Made by a program: the position numbers and the translations under genes. A stretch of 64,000 bases of DNA, from the NCBI GenBank assembly GCA_943357985.1, contig CALRGR010000003.1, forward strand, positions 6,496 through 70,495, read 5' to 3'. The stretch is from Candidatus Levybacteria bacterium GW2011_GWA1_37_16 (GTDB lineage Bacteria; Patescibacteriota; Microgenomatia; Levybacterales; UBA12049). Below the pieces are notes generated by a model. That model was not told the origin of the DNA, did not search any database, and saw nothing but the letters and a program-made list of their open reading frames with translations. This document shows, in pieces, positions 30,684-40,498 of this stretch. Numbering within the stretch: position 1 is the first letter of the stretch; each line of letters starts with the position of its first letter.

Positions 30684-31406
30684 TTATTCCTTAGGAGGCT
30701 CACCGTAAACCGTTACAAGCGTTCCTGGGTCATTTTTAGATTCGTAGGTAGTATGGCCGTCTGTAGCAGGCTGTGCCCAGGCAAAAAGCACTCCCGCATC
30801 CTCCGACCTCATATTAATACAACCATGACTCATAGTATGACCAAAGTTATTATGCCAATAGGCTCCATGCATGGAATACCCTCTGCTTTTTGACACTTCA
30901 CTGTTAGAGTAAAACATAGTGTATGGAACATTGGGTAAGTTATAGTAGGTGTTCCCAGAACCGCCTTCCATTCGCGTATAGCGCAACTTCACCCAAATCC
31001 TAAAGTCCCCGGTAGGGGTTTCCCCCCATTTTCCGGTTGAAACAGGAAAAGTGTAGACAAGCTTATCTCCTTCATAAGCGCGAAGCGTTTGAGTGGCTAA
31101 ATCAACAAAAATATGTTTTTCGCCCGCTGTTGAACCCAGGACTTTTGATCCTAAACTATCGCCTGCTAAATAAGTGGGAGGTGTTACAACTCTACCTAAA
31201 AACGTACCACTTTTGCCGGCCTCATACTTCCCGGACAAATCTTTTATACAACTTATGGAATTAGCGCACGTGGCAATCGGGTTACCTGCTTTACCAAATA
31301 CCAAGAACACAGCCAAAAGTAGCAATCCAAAAGCAAAAAGAAGAATCTGTAAATTAGACCAAAAACTAAATTTTGAGGCTGTTTTACGACGTTTCTTAAC
31401 TGGCAT
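30684..31406 (-). CDS. L,D-transpeptidase (YkuD family)
   Basis: VSTGK..TPTG, HGAYWH..SHGCIN; N-terminal TM. Confidence 0.92.
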   Translation of the reverse strand: MPVKKRRKTASKFSFWSNLQILLFAFGLLLLAVFLVFGKAGNPIATCANSISCIKDLSGKYEAGKSGTFLGRVVTPPTYLAGDSLGSKVLGSTAGEKHIFVDLATQTLRAYEGDKLVYTFPVSTGKWGETPTGDFRIWVKLRYTRMEGGSGNTYYNLPNVPYTMFYSNSEVSKSRGYSMHGAYWHNNFGHTMSHGCINMRSEDAGVLFAWAQPATDGHTTYESKNDPGTLVTVYGEPPKE

Positions 31407-31466
31407 ATATCTATAGTAAGCATTTTGTAGTCATTTGTAAATGCCTAAAACTTCTTTTCTTCAACC

Positions 31467-31531
31467 TTGACTTTTGCCCTATAGTATGATACACTCTAGG
31501 CCTAGACGGATCTTCGAAAGAAGGTCCGTTT
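31467..31531 (+). promoter_or_regulatory. Promoter plus 5' leader hairpin upstream of VanW-like gene
   Basis: TTGACT-17nt-TACACT; hairpin AGACGGATCTTC-GAAA-GAAGGTCCGTTT. Confidence 0.55.
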
Positions 31532-31538
31532 TAAATAT

Positions 31539-32186
31539 ATGAATACGTTGCTCTCATTATTATTTTTGCCTATTATGGGATTTGTTCAGCCTGCGCTTCC
31601 CGCGCAGACACCTGACGCAAAACAGCTTGCTGTACGTGAATTTTCTATGGATAATAGATATGCTGACCCGTTTGTAAATGGTGTTTTTAGAGATAACATT
31701 CTTCTTGTTCTTAAATATTCTGCAGGAGAAAAAATTGATCCAAAAAATATAGACTGGAAAAAAGTCAACGAGCCCTTTAAGTATAACTTAACTCTTAAGC
31801 CGGGGGAGACTTTTGCCTATCATGATGATATTGCACCTGAGTATAAAGGTAAGACTATAAAAACAACTAATGCTCACTTTAACTTATCTCAAGGGTTTAA
31901 ATCTGATGGATGGTTAGCCGGAGACGGTGTGTGCCATTTAGCCTCGCTTATATATTGGGCTGCTCGTGATGCTAAGCTTGACGCTGTTTCAAAGGTAAGG
32001 CACGATTTTGCCTCAATTCCAGAGGTGCCTAGAGAATTTGGTGTATCTATTTATGATAATCCCGGTGCAAACGCAGGAGATCAAGCACAAAACCTTTATG
32101 TTACAAACAACAAAAAAAGGGATATATCTTTTGTTTTTGACTACAACGGAAAAGACTTAAAAATTACTGTTGAAGAAGCTATCTAA
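31539..32186 (+). CDS. VanW-like secreted protein
   Basis: LKPGETF, GDGVCHLASLIY..A..H motif; signal peptide. Confidence 0.75.
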   Translation: MNTLLSLLFLPIMGFVQPALPAQTPDAKQLAVREFSMDNRYADPFVNGVFRDNILLVLKYSAGEKIDPKNIDWKKVNEPFKYNLTLKPGETFAYHDDIAPEYKGKTIKTTNAHFNLSQGFKSDGWLAGDGVCHLASLIYWAARDAKLDAVSKVRHDFASIPEVPREFGVSIYDNPGANAGDQAQNLYVTNNKKRDISFVFDYNGKDLKITVEEAI

Positions 32187-32220
32187 CCTGCCTCGCCATC
32201 ACAGAGCTTGAAAGGCGGGC
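32185..32220. repeat. CCTGCC..GGCGGG hairpin element between convergent genes
   Basis: AACCTGCCTCGC...AAGGCGGGC; same termini as 56979-57002. Confidence 0.65.
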
Positions 32221-32850
32221 CTAACGTTGAACAAGCCTGTAGAAGGCATTACTTCCAAGTTCAAACCAATAAGGTGGTCCACTCGTGCGCACATGCAGAA
32301 GATCCGGTGCATCCCACCCAGTAACATCTTTTAGACTAAACTCCGTCATTTTTAAAGTGTAGTGAGATCTAAAATCAATATATGCTTTCCCATCCACAAA
32401 AACTTTACCTGTGGACTTAAAAACGAGGTAATTATCCACATTTCCGTCATTTTCTGTTATAAACAGATACTTATGATCAGGCGACCAGCTATTTAAAGGT
32501 ACAGACATTTCTCCCGTAGTAAGCGTTTTTGAGTAAATTTCAAACATGCTTGTCTCTGGACCCGTGACAAAGAAAGAATAAGAAGTAATCCCATTCCCTG
32601 CTTTAGTTTTTTGCATAATGATTTTCATACTTCCATCCGGAGAACGGACTTCTTCTCTTTCTGATATGGATACAGCAGGCGTCGGAGTAATATTAATTAC
32701 GGGTTCTTTTGACGCAATAGATTTTTCCAGCACCCCTACTCTTGTACTCGAATAGGTTACATAAGCCGTAATCATTACTCCAACAACTATCAAAATTATC
32801 AAAACTTTTCCCACTAAATCAAGAATAGATATAATTAAGGACCATGTCAA
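32221..32850 (-). CDS. Hypothetical membrane-anchored protein
   Basis: N-terminal TM; SPDG/WSPD beta-propeller-like motifs; start uncertain. Confidence 0.65.
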   Translation of the reverse strand: MTWSLIISILDLVGKVLIILIVVGVMITAYVTYSSTRVGVLEKSIASKEPVINITPTPAVSISEREEVRSPDGSMKIIMQKTKAGNGITSYSFFVTGPETSMFEIYSKTLTTGEMSVPLNSWSPDHKYLFITENDGNVDNYLVFKSTGKVFVDGKAYIDFRSHYTLKMTEFSLKDVTGWDAPDLLHVRTSGPPYWFELGSNAFYRLVQR

Positions 32851-32872
32851 TATTGTGTTACAATAAATACTC

Positions 32873-34102
32873 GTGAAAAACTATTTTCCTACTCGCTTTC
32901 CTGCTTTTGCATCACGCGACTTCAGAATGTTCTATGTTTCTCAATTTGTATCAAACATTGGTTCTCAAATGCAGTTTGTTGCCATAAATTGGCACGTTTA
33001 CATCCTTACTCACTCCGCATTTGCGCTAGGGCTTGTAGGATTTTTGCGGTTTATGCCAATTCTAATTTTTTCTCTAATTGGAGGCTCTGTTGCAGATGCG
33101 CATAACAGGAAAAAGATCTTATTTCTAACCCAAAGCAGCCTTGCGACTTTATCTTTTATTCTTGCTTTCTTAACAATAACAGGAAATATTAGCGTTACTT
33201 CAATTTATGTAATCACGGTTCTTTTTGCCGTAGCGCTTTCCTTTGATATGCCTGCCCGTCAAGCATTCATACCCGCACTTGTTGACAGAAAACATCTCGC
33301 CAATGCAATGAGTCTAAATTCTATAATGTTTCAAACAGCAAGCATCTTGGGTCCGGCTATTTCTGGGTTTTTAATTGCCAAAACAGGTATGGGAACAATT
33401 TATAACTTAAATGCCCTTTCGTTTTTAACAGTAATAATAAGTCTTTTCTTTATAAATACATCAGGAGTTATACAAGGAATTCCAACAAAAATTTCCTTTT
33501 CTTCAATTATGGAAGGCCTTGCCTTCGTAAAATCAAGGACGATGATTTGGTCAACAATGCTTTTGGATTTCTTTAGCACTTTCTTCTCTTCCGCAACTGC
33601 TCTTATTCCTATTTTTGCAAAAGATATCTTAAGCGTAGGACCAGAAGGACTTGGGTTTTTATATGCAGCACCAGCAATAGGCGCCGTTTTGGCAGGACTT
33701 TTACTTGCGCATTTCCATACATTAAGAAAACAAGGACCCATACTTCTTTCTTCCGTTTTTCTTTATGGTCTTGGCACAATTTTGTTTGGATTTTCCCATA
33801 CATTCCTTTTATCCCTCGTGGCTCTTTCCATAGTAGGCGTAGGAGACGGAATAAGCACAATTATTAGAAATACTATCAGACAGCTGGAAACTCCTGACTA
33901 TATTAGAGGAAGGATGACATCAATAAATATGATTTTCTTTATGGGAGGACCTCAACTTGGAGATTTTGAAGCTGGAGCACTTGCCTCAAGAATTGGAGCA
34001 CCAATATCTGTTGTTGTTGGAGGAGTTGGAACATTAATTGTAGTCGGACTTATAACACTGGGAATTCCAACTCTTGCCCGCTACGACCACCACAAGAAAT
34101 GA
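32873..34102 (+). CDS. MFS transporter (EntS/H+ antiporter-like)
   Basis: GGSVADAHNRK, FDMPARQA, TPDYIRGRM; about 12 TMs. Confidence 0.92.
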   Translation: MKNYFPTRFPAFASRDFRMFYVSQFVSNIGSQMQFVAINWHVYILTHSAFALGLVGFLRFMPILIFSLIGGSVADAHNRKKILFLTQSSLATLSFILAFLTITGNISVTSIYVITVLFAVALSFDMPARQAFIPALVDRKHLANAMSLNSIMFQTASILGPAISGFLIAKTGMGTIYNLNALSFLTVIISLFFINTSGVIQGIPTKISFSSIMEGLAFVKSRTMIWSTMLLDFFSTFFSSATALIPIFAKDILSVGPEGLGFLYAAPAIGAVLAGLLLAHFHTLRKQGPILLSSVFLYGLGTILFGFSHTFLLSLVALSIVGVGDGISTIIRNTIRQLETPDYIRGRMTSINMIFFMGGPQLGDFEAGALASRIGAPISVVVGGVGTLIVVGLITLGIPTLARYDHHKK

Positions 34103-34103
34103 A

Positions 34104-35219
34104 TTAATTCCTTTGTCTTAGGAATGCTGGGATGTCAAAGACGTCTTCATCTTCATTTTCTTCTTGTCTTACCGGTTCTTCCTCAGAAACAGACTGCGAG
34201 GATTCTTCCGAAACCTGAGCGCTCACATTAACGCTAGGCGGCATAAAACTTCTAAGAGTTTGTCTTGCCTGGTCAAATCCGGTTGCCACAACTGTTATTT
34301 TTATCTGGTCATGCATATTCTCATCTATTGTTGCGCCAAAAATAATATTTGCATCAGGATCTGCAGCGCTTGAAATAATTTTTGCTGCCTCATCAACCTC
34401 ACTCATTGTGATATCTGGTCCGCCGGTAATATTAAATAGCACACCACGCGCTCCGTCCATAGATATTTCAAGAAGAGGTGATGCAATTGCGGTACGTGCT
34501 GCAGCCTGAGCTCTGTTTTCTCCGACTCCCGTACCTATTCCCATCAACGCACTTCCCGCATCTGTCATAATTGCCCTAACATCTGCAAAATCAACATTAA
34601 TAAGCCCCGGCATAGTAATTAAATCGGAGATTCCCTGAACACCCTGAGTCAAAACCGAGTCAGCAACCCTAAAAGCTTCAAGAAGAGAAAGCTTTCTATC
34701 AACTACGTCAAGAATTCTTTGGTTTGGAATAACAATAAGAGTATCAACTTTGTCTTTTAATTCTTCAAGACCGTCTTCTGCAGCAACCATCCTACGTGTT
34801 CCTTCAAAAGTAAAAGGTTTTGTAACAACTGCAATAGTAAGCGCTCCAACTTCTTTTGCAATCTTTGCAATTATAGGCGTTGCCCCTGTTCCAGTTCCTC
34901 CACCCATTCCTGCGGCCAAAAATACCATATCACTACCCTCCAGCATATTTTTTATTTTTTCGGCAGATTCTTCCGCCGCATTCTTTCCAATTTCAGGATC
35001 TCCTCCGGATCCTAAGCCTTTTGTTAAGTTTTCACCAATCTGAAGCTTAGTTGTTGCTTGGGAAGTAAGAAGAGCTTGAGCGTCTGTATTTACAGAAACA
35101 AAATCAACTCCCGAAATATTACCGCTTGCTATCATAGTACCAACTGCATTATTGCCGGCTCCGCCAATCCCGAAGACTCTTATTTTTGCGAAGTTTGTTG
35201 TTTGAGGTCTAATTAGCAT
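34104..35219 (-). CDS. ftsZ: Cell division protein FtsZ
   Basis: GMGGGTGTG, NVDFADV, C-terminal DIPAFLR. Confidence 0.99.
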   Translation of the reverse strand: MLIRPQTTNFAKIRVFGIGGAGNNAVGTMIASGNISGVDFVSVNTDAQALLTSQATTKLQIGENLTKGLGSGGDPEIGKNAAEESAEKIKNMLEGSDMVFLAAGMGGGTGTGATPIIAKIAKEVGALTIAVVTKPFTFEGTRRMVAAEDGLEELKDKVDTLIVIPNQRILDVVDRKLSLLEAFRVADSVLTQGVQGISDLITMPGLINVDFADVRAIMTDAGSALMGIGTGVGENRAQAAARTAIASPLLEISMDGARGVLFNITGGPDITMSEVDEAAKIISSAADPDANIIFGATIDENMHDQIKITVVATGFDQARQTLRSFMPPSVNVSAQVSEESSQSVSEEEPVRQEENEDEDVFDIPAFLRQRN

Positions 35220-35239
35220 GAGCTTTTAAAAGTAAGCAA

Positions 35240-35268
35240 ATCCTAACAGATAGAATTTACTTTTGCAA
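35240..35268 (-). promoter_or_regulatory. Internal ftsZ promoter
   Basis: Minus strand TTGCAA-17nt-TAGGAT with TG extension. Confidence 0.5.
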
Positions 35269-35285
35269 TACCCTAAGTGTCTGAC

Positions 35286-35411
35286 TAGACGATAGAAAGT
35301 AGATAATAGAGAGTAGTGTTTTGAGAATAGAAGCTGGAAGCTATATTCTCTAACTTCTATTTTCCAAATTCTAATACTATCTTCAATCTTCCCTGCCTGC
35401 CGGCAGGCAGG
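35286..35411. repeat. Composite repeat in the ftsA-ftsZ spacer: inverted heptamer arrays plus a perfect 20-nt palindrome
   Basis: TAGACGA TAGAAAG TAGATAA TAGAGAG ... TTCTCTA ACTTCTA TTTTCCA AATTCTA; CCTGCCTGCCGGCAGGCAGG at 35392-35411. Confidence 0.8.
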
Positions 35412-35440
35412 TATCATCAACCGTCTACTATGCGAGCGAG

Positions 35441-36739
35441 CTAGGGTAAAAAGCTTTTGACGAGTTCTATCAGCTTTGAAAAATACTTTCCAAATTTAAT
35501 ATTCTTCATTACAGGAAAAGAAAAACCAAAAGGCAAAGAAGATGAAACCTCTAAAGTTGCTCCATACGCCACAAGTCCCACCGCAGTTGAAAAAGCAGGA
35601 TCTTGAATTTCATCTATTATTCCTTTTATATCCTGGGGTATTCCGATTCTAACCGGCATTGCCAAAACTCTTTTTGCAACATCTGCTACTCCAACTGTCT
35701 TTGCTCCTCCGCCTGTTACAACAAGTCCAGCTGGCGTTTGGCCGCCAAATTCACTTCTTTTAATTTCCATTCCCACCATTGCAAAAATTTCATTAATTCT
35801 TGGCCTTATTATTCCGTCAACCAAAGTTTTTTCGGATGCTTTACTAATGTCCTCCGGTAAATGTAATGAGCTTAAATTCAGTTCGTCCGATGGCTTTTTT
35901 TCTTTTGTATCCCCTTCTTCCTCATCGGCTTCAACTCTGAGCGCTTTTTTGGTATTAGAAAGAAAGAGCTTTATTTTTTCGGCAGATTCAAGTGAAATCC
36001 TAAGTCCAATTGCCAAGTCATTTGTAATATGACGGGCTCCGATTGCCAAGACGGATGAATAGGCAACAGACCCATCAATATAAATAGATATATCTGTGGT
36101 TCCGGCTCCAATATCAACCATTACCACTCCTAATTCTTTTTCTGTGTCGGATAAAACTGCAAGGCTTGAAGCATATCCGGAAGACACCATTCCTTCAACG
36201 TCAACGCCTACTTCGGAAAATGCCTTTTCCATATTCCTAAGCGCCATAGTGCTTGAGGAAATTATGTGAGTATCAACCTCAAGACGCACTCCAGTCATCC
36301 CAATTGGATCCTTAACTCCTTCGTGACCATCAACTATATAATTACGTGGCAAAATATGAATTATTTCACGGCTTGATGGAAGAGAGACTGCTTTCGCAGC
36401 ATCAATTACCCGCATTAAATCATTCTCGGTTATTTCTCCATGAGGCGCTGAAACTGCAACAACCCCACGGGAATTTTGCGACTCTATGTGCGCCCCACCA
36501 ACAGATGCAATAATCTTTGAAACGGAATATCCCGCCATTCTCTCTGCCGCTTCCAAGGAATTATTTATGGAAACAACTGCTTCTACTATATCTATTATTT
36601 GTCCTTTTTTAATGCCCGCAGAAGAAACCTCGGAAACACCAACAACATTGATACTTAAAGCCTCATCAATTCTGGCAATAAGAGTAACTATTTTGGAAGT
36701 ACCTATATCAATTCCAACAACTATTTTTCCTTCAGTCAT
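35441..36739 (-). CDS. ftsA: Cell division protein FtsA
   Basis: GIDIGTSKI, DIGAGTTD, VVTGGGA. Confidence 0.97.
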   Translation of the reverse strand: MTEGKIVVGIDIGTSKIVTLIARIDEALSINVVGVSEVSSAGIKKGQIIDIVEAVVSINNSLEAAERMAGYSVSKIIASVGGAHIESQNSRGVVAVSAPHGEITENDLMRVIDAAKAVSLPSSREIIHILPRNYIVDGHEGVKDPIGMTGVRLEVDTHIISSSTMALRNMEKAFSEVGVDVEGMVSSGYASSLAVLSDTEKELGVVMVDIGAGTTDISIYIDGSVAYSSVLAIGARHITNDLAIGLRISLESAEKIKLFLSNTKKALRVEADEEEGDTKEKKPSDELNLSSLHLPEDISKASEKTLVDGIIRPRINEIFAMVGMEIKRSEFGGQTPAGLVVTGGGAKTVGVADVAKRVLAMPVRIGIPQDIKGIIDEIQDPAFSTAVGLVAYGATLEVSSSLPFGFSFPVMKNIKFGKYFSKLIELVKSFLP

Positions 36740-36744
36740 AGTTT

Positions 36745-37155
36745 TTAAAACGCAACCACGGGTTTATCAAACCTAAAATCCAGAGTCTTAAATCTCTTAC
36801 CCTCTATTGTAAGCCTAGAAAGTATAATTTGTAAAGAGCGCACCTGTGAAGAAATATCCTTTCCAGGAGAGATAACCACAATCCCTCCATCTTCAAGACT
36901 TACCATATATGAGGAATCAGTTGCCACTTCAATCTTTGATACGTTAATTTTTTCCTTTGCCAAAAGGCCTTTAATGTCCAAATCTTGACTTTTGACTCCT
37001 TTTGGAAGAGGACTAACTAAAGGATTTTTGAAAACATAAGGGGAAAAGAATATAAATACAGCCGTTAAAACAAGAGAAGATCCCAAAAGAACGAATATAA
37101 TTCCTAAGTATCTAAAATATTTTCTACTTTTTCTATTTTTTCTTTCGTGCAACAT
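36745..37155 (-). CDS. Short FtsQ/DivIB-like membrane protein
   Basis: Basic N-terminus, single TM, C-terminal LDFRFDKPVV; sits between murG and ftsA. Confidence 0.6.
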   Translation of the reverse strand: MLHERKNRKSRKYFRYLGIIFVLLGSSLVLTAVFIFFSPYVFKNPLVSPLPKGVKSQDLDIKGLLAKEKINVSKIEVATDSSYMVSLEDGGIVVISPGKDISSQVRSLQIILSRLTIEGKRFKTLDFRFDKPVVAF

Positions 37156-38236
37156 CTTCAACAACAGAGACAATATGCGCTGCCGCTTTCTTTTCTATTA
37201 AATTTTCAGATTCAGGGCTTAGTCTGTATTTATCGATACTACTCATCATATAGTCTATTTTTGAGATAAAATTCTCAACAGACAACTCATCTTGCTCCAT
37301 TATCTCGCCCAGACCCAGTTCTTTTATAAAAAAAGCATTCTGATGTTGCTCTCCTTTTGCTGCAATAGGTAATGGAATCAAAAAGCACGGCTTTTTAAGA
37401 AAAATTAGCTCCGTTACAGTATTCATTCCCGCTCTGCCTACAACAAGTGTTGCTTTTTGAAGAACTATCCCTGCTTCTTTGCTTTCAATAAATTTTTCAA
37501 TCCTATATTTTTTTGCCAAATCCGCAGGTAGGGTTTTTTTTAGCTCCTGTAGTCTTTCAAAATCATTAAACTTTTTAGAATCTCCTGTTTGATGGATTAC
37601 GGAATATCTACCGAGCAATTTTTCAACCGATCTCTCAATTAAACTGTTTATGAAATGAGAACCCGTACTTCCTCCTGTTATGTAGATAATGGACTCGTCC
37701 GGTTTTTTGTCAGTATTTGCCGCCTCAATAATTTCTTTTCTCACAGGATTTCCTGTAACTATCACATTTTTGCCTGGAAAAAAGTCCTTGGAGCTATTCC
37801 AGGAAACGCAGATCATCTTGGCCCACATTGCAATTATTTTGTTGGAAACTCCAACTTGCAATGTCTGCTCATGAATGACAACCGGAATTTTCAAAAAATA
37901 TGCAGCAAGAGAAACAGGCAAAGATACATATCCACCAAATCCTAAAACCACATCCGGTCTTATTTTTCTAAGAATTGTTATGGATTTGCCAAAACCATAA
38001 GGAAGCTTTATTAATGAAGGGATTGTGCGGATCGTAAATTTCCTTTGAAACCTGCCACTTGGAAGATCTATGAATGGGATATTTAAAGATTTTATTGTTT
38101 GATATTCCAAAGTCGGGGACTTATCTCCCTCAAATGAAGATTTTCTGCCTATAAAGAAAACTTGTGAATCTTGCGGTAAAGCCTCTATCACACATTGAGC
38201 CGGAGAAAAATGACCACCTGTTATTACAAGTCTCAT
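37133..38236 (-). CDS. murG: Lipid I N-acetylglucosaminyltransferase
   Basis: TGGH, GFGGYVS, HEQ, TGNPVR, TGGSTGS, QHQNA. Confidence 0.95.
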   Translation of the reverse strand: MRLVITGGHFSPAQCVIEALPQDSQVFFIGRKSSFEGDKSPTLEYQTIKSLNIPFIDLPSGRFQRKFTIRTIPSLIKLPYGFGKSITILRKIRPDVVLGFGGYVSLPVSLAAYFLKIPVVIHEQTLQVGVSNKIIAMWAKMICVSWNSSKDFFPGKNVIVTGNPVRKEIIEAANTDKKPDESIIYITGGSTGSHFINSLIERSVEKLLGRYSVIHQTGDSKKFNDFERLQELKKTLPADLAKKYRIEKFIESKEAGIVLQKATLVVGRAGMNTVTELIFLKKPCFLIPLPIAAKGEQHQNAFFIKELGLGEIMEQDELSVENFISKIDYMMSSIDKYRLSPESENLIEKKAAAHIVSVVEDVARKKK

Positions 38237-38252
38237 ACTATGATTCTAGCAC

Positions 38253-39323
38253 CTAACTGTGGCTTTGTCTTGATATGTTTAATAAAATGCCAATAGCACA
38301 CAACTCTATGATAAGAGCCGAGCCTCCGTAAGATATGAAAGGAAGAGGAATTCCCGTAAGAGGAAGAAGCATGGTCTGCGCGCCAAGATTTATTATCATC
38401 TGGATTGCCAAAAAAGTTGTAATTCCTGCTGCTAAAAGCCTTCCAAAATTATCCGGCGCACGACTAGCAATTCTAAATCCTCTCCAAACAACGACTGCAA
38501 AAATACAAATAAGAATTGTTGCTCCAACAAATCCAAGCTCCTCCGCAATTATTGCAAATATAGAATCCGTTGTATTTTCCGGAAGATATGCATATTTTTG
38601 TAAAGAGTTTCCAAGACCCAAACCAAAAACTCCGCCATTTCCAAGTGAGATTAAAATCTGCTTTACGTGATAGGAAGAATTTTGAACATCTTGATTAGGA
38701 TTTAAGAAGGTTACCAACCTTTCAGCTCTATAAGGAGATGTTTTTATAAGTATTAGCCCCAAAGCTCCCAAAACAGGAATTAAAGAAAGAAGATAAAGCA
38801 TATTTCCTCCTGATAGAAAATATATCGCCATGGCTTCCCCCATTATTACAATTGCAGTTCCCATATCCGGCTGCATCATAATAAGTGCGACCAAAAGACC
38901 CATTAGAAGCACAAACGGGACAAATCTTCCCTTTTCTTTTCTTGAAAACCAAGCAGCCAAATATATAGCTAAAGATAGCTTTACAAATTCAGTCGGTTGC
39001 AGTAAGAATACTTTTAGATCAATCCATCGGCTTGCTCCAAGCAAATGAACACCAATCCCGGGTATAAAAACCATAATAAGAAGTACAATTGAAGTTATCA
39101 TCAAAGGTAATGAAAGATTATAAAATCTGTGATAGTCAAAAAATGAGAAAAACGTTAGAGCCCCAAATCCCAAAATGGCCCATAAAAACTGTCCTTTTAA
39201 ATAGTGATATTTATCCGCAAAATCTCTAAATGCAACAAAAGAAGATGCGTCATAAATCATAAGGAGACCAAAGAAAGTAAGAAATATGATGGAGAGTATT
39301 AAAGTAATGTCCAAACGCTTCAT
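38253..39323 (-). CDS. ftsW: SEDS protein FtsW
   Basis: GASRWI, QPTEFVK, QPDMG, LPENTTDSIF, LPFISYGGS; dcw position. Confidence 0.95.
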   Translation of the reverse strand: MKRLDITLILSIIFLTFFGLLMIYDASSFVAFRDFADKYHYLKGQFLWAILGFGALTFFSFFDYHRFYNLSLPLMITSIVLLIMVFIPGIGVHLLGASRWIDLKVFLLQPTEFVKLSLAIYLAAWFSRKEKGRFVPFVLLMGLLVALIMMQPDMGTAIVIMGEAMAIYFLSGGNMLYLLSLIPVLGALGLILIKTSPYRAERLVTFLNPNQDVQNSSYHVKQILISLGNGGVFGLGLGNSLQKYAYLPENTTDSIFAIIAEELGFVGATILICIFAVVVWRGFRIASRAPDNFGRLLAAGITTFLAIQMIINLGAQTMLLPLTGIPLPFISYGGSALIIELCAIGILLNISRQSHS

Positions 39324-39327
39324 GAGG

Positions 39328-40335
39328 TCATTTTATAAGAGCTATGTAAAGACCCATTATGGCAAATAAAAATCCCAAAAGCCAGGATCGCATGACAATC
39401 TTTGGCTCTTCCCAACCTCGTTTCTGAAGATAAAGATGAAGCGGTGCAACCGGAAAAATTTTTCGTCCTAGATATCTCTTTCCAAGAAGCTGAATTAAAG
39501 AAGAACCAACTTCTAAAATAAGAACTCCTCCAATAAATCCAATTGCTATTATTTTTCCTGTTAAAAGACCTATAACGGCAATGCTTGCTCCCAATGCAAG
39601 AGAACCTACATCCCCGAGCCAAATTCTTGCAGGATAAATATTAAAGTACAAAAATGCAGCAACGCTTCCCATAAGAATGGCTATAAAAATTCCGAGTGAT
39701 TTATCATATTGATTTGCGGAAATTGTTAAAAAAGCACCAAGCGCAATAAGCAGAAGACCACTTGCCTGTCCATCAAGACCGTCGGCAATATTAAAAGCGT
39801 TTGCAAAAGAAACAATAATAAAAGCGGCAAGAGGAATAAAGAAAATGCCAATAACTGCAAGCCCAAAGCCTTTTATAAAAATAAAATCATACCCAAGCTG
39901 GGAATAAAGAATAAAGGCAATAATAAAAGCCAAAATCCATTGAATCGCAAATTTATACCTAAATCTAAGACCAAAGAATCCTTCTTTTTTGTCGCTTAGT
40001 TTTTTAAAATCATCATATAAACCAAGAGCGCCAAAGCCTAAAAGAGTAAAGAGAACTACAAATATCTGCCAAAGATTAAAATCCACGTTTAAAAGACCGT
40101 AAGCCCAAAGAGTAAGTATAGAAACAACAATTATTATAAGAATTCCGCCTCCAAACGGAGTGCCTGTTTTCCAAGCATTAAATTTATCAAAATAGGGAGT
40201 TGGTTTATTAAAGAGGTCGCGGGTAACTTGCTTCTGACGCCTTAATTTTATTTTATATAAAAAATCAATAAACGGAATAAGCAAAATACCGGTTATAAAA
40301 GCAGACAAAAGTGTAAGTCCCAAAAATTGCGCCAT
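39328..40335 (-). CDS. mraY: Phospho-N-acetylmuramoyl-pentapeptide transferase
   Basis: GTPFGGG, DD, NAFNIADGLDG, WLGDVGS, APLH. Confidence 0.95.
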   Translation of the reverse strand: MAQFLGLTLLSAFITGILLIPFIDFLYKIKLRRQKQVTRDLFNKPTPYFDKFNAWKTGTPFGGGILIIIVVSILTLWAYGLLNVDFNLWQIFVVLFTLLGFGALGLYDDFKKLSDKKEGFFGLRFRYKFAIQWILAFIIAFILYSQLGYDFIFIKGFGLAVIGIFFIPLAAFIIVSFANAFNIADGLDGQASGLLLIALGAFLTISANQYDKSLGIFIAILMGSVAAFLYFNIYPARIWLGDVGSLALGASIAVIGLLTGKIIAIGFIGGVLILEVGSSLIQLLGKRYLGRKIFPVAPLHLYLQKRGWEEPKIVMRSWLLGFLFAIMGLYIALIK

Positions 40336-40498
40336 AAAAGGGTATTATACTCCTAAAGATGAGACTGCAGCAAGCTTACTTCTGCTTTTTTTGTTTCTTT
40401 TTCTCTTTCTTGGGTTTGGAAAACCTTTCAGCCATGTATTTATTTAATACCAATTTTGTCCTTATTGCAACAACCAAATTTATGCTATTATAGTTTCT

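Noticed and set aside
35226-35420. 64-aa ORF between ftsA and ftsZ
   Set aside because: Translation (PACRQAG, YSLLSTFY) derives from the palindrome and heptamer arrays.
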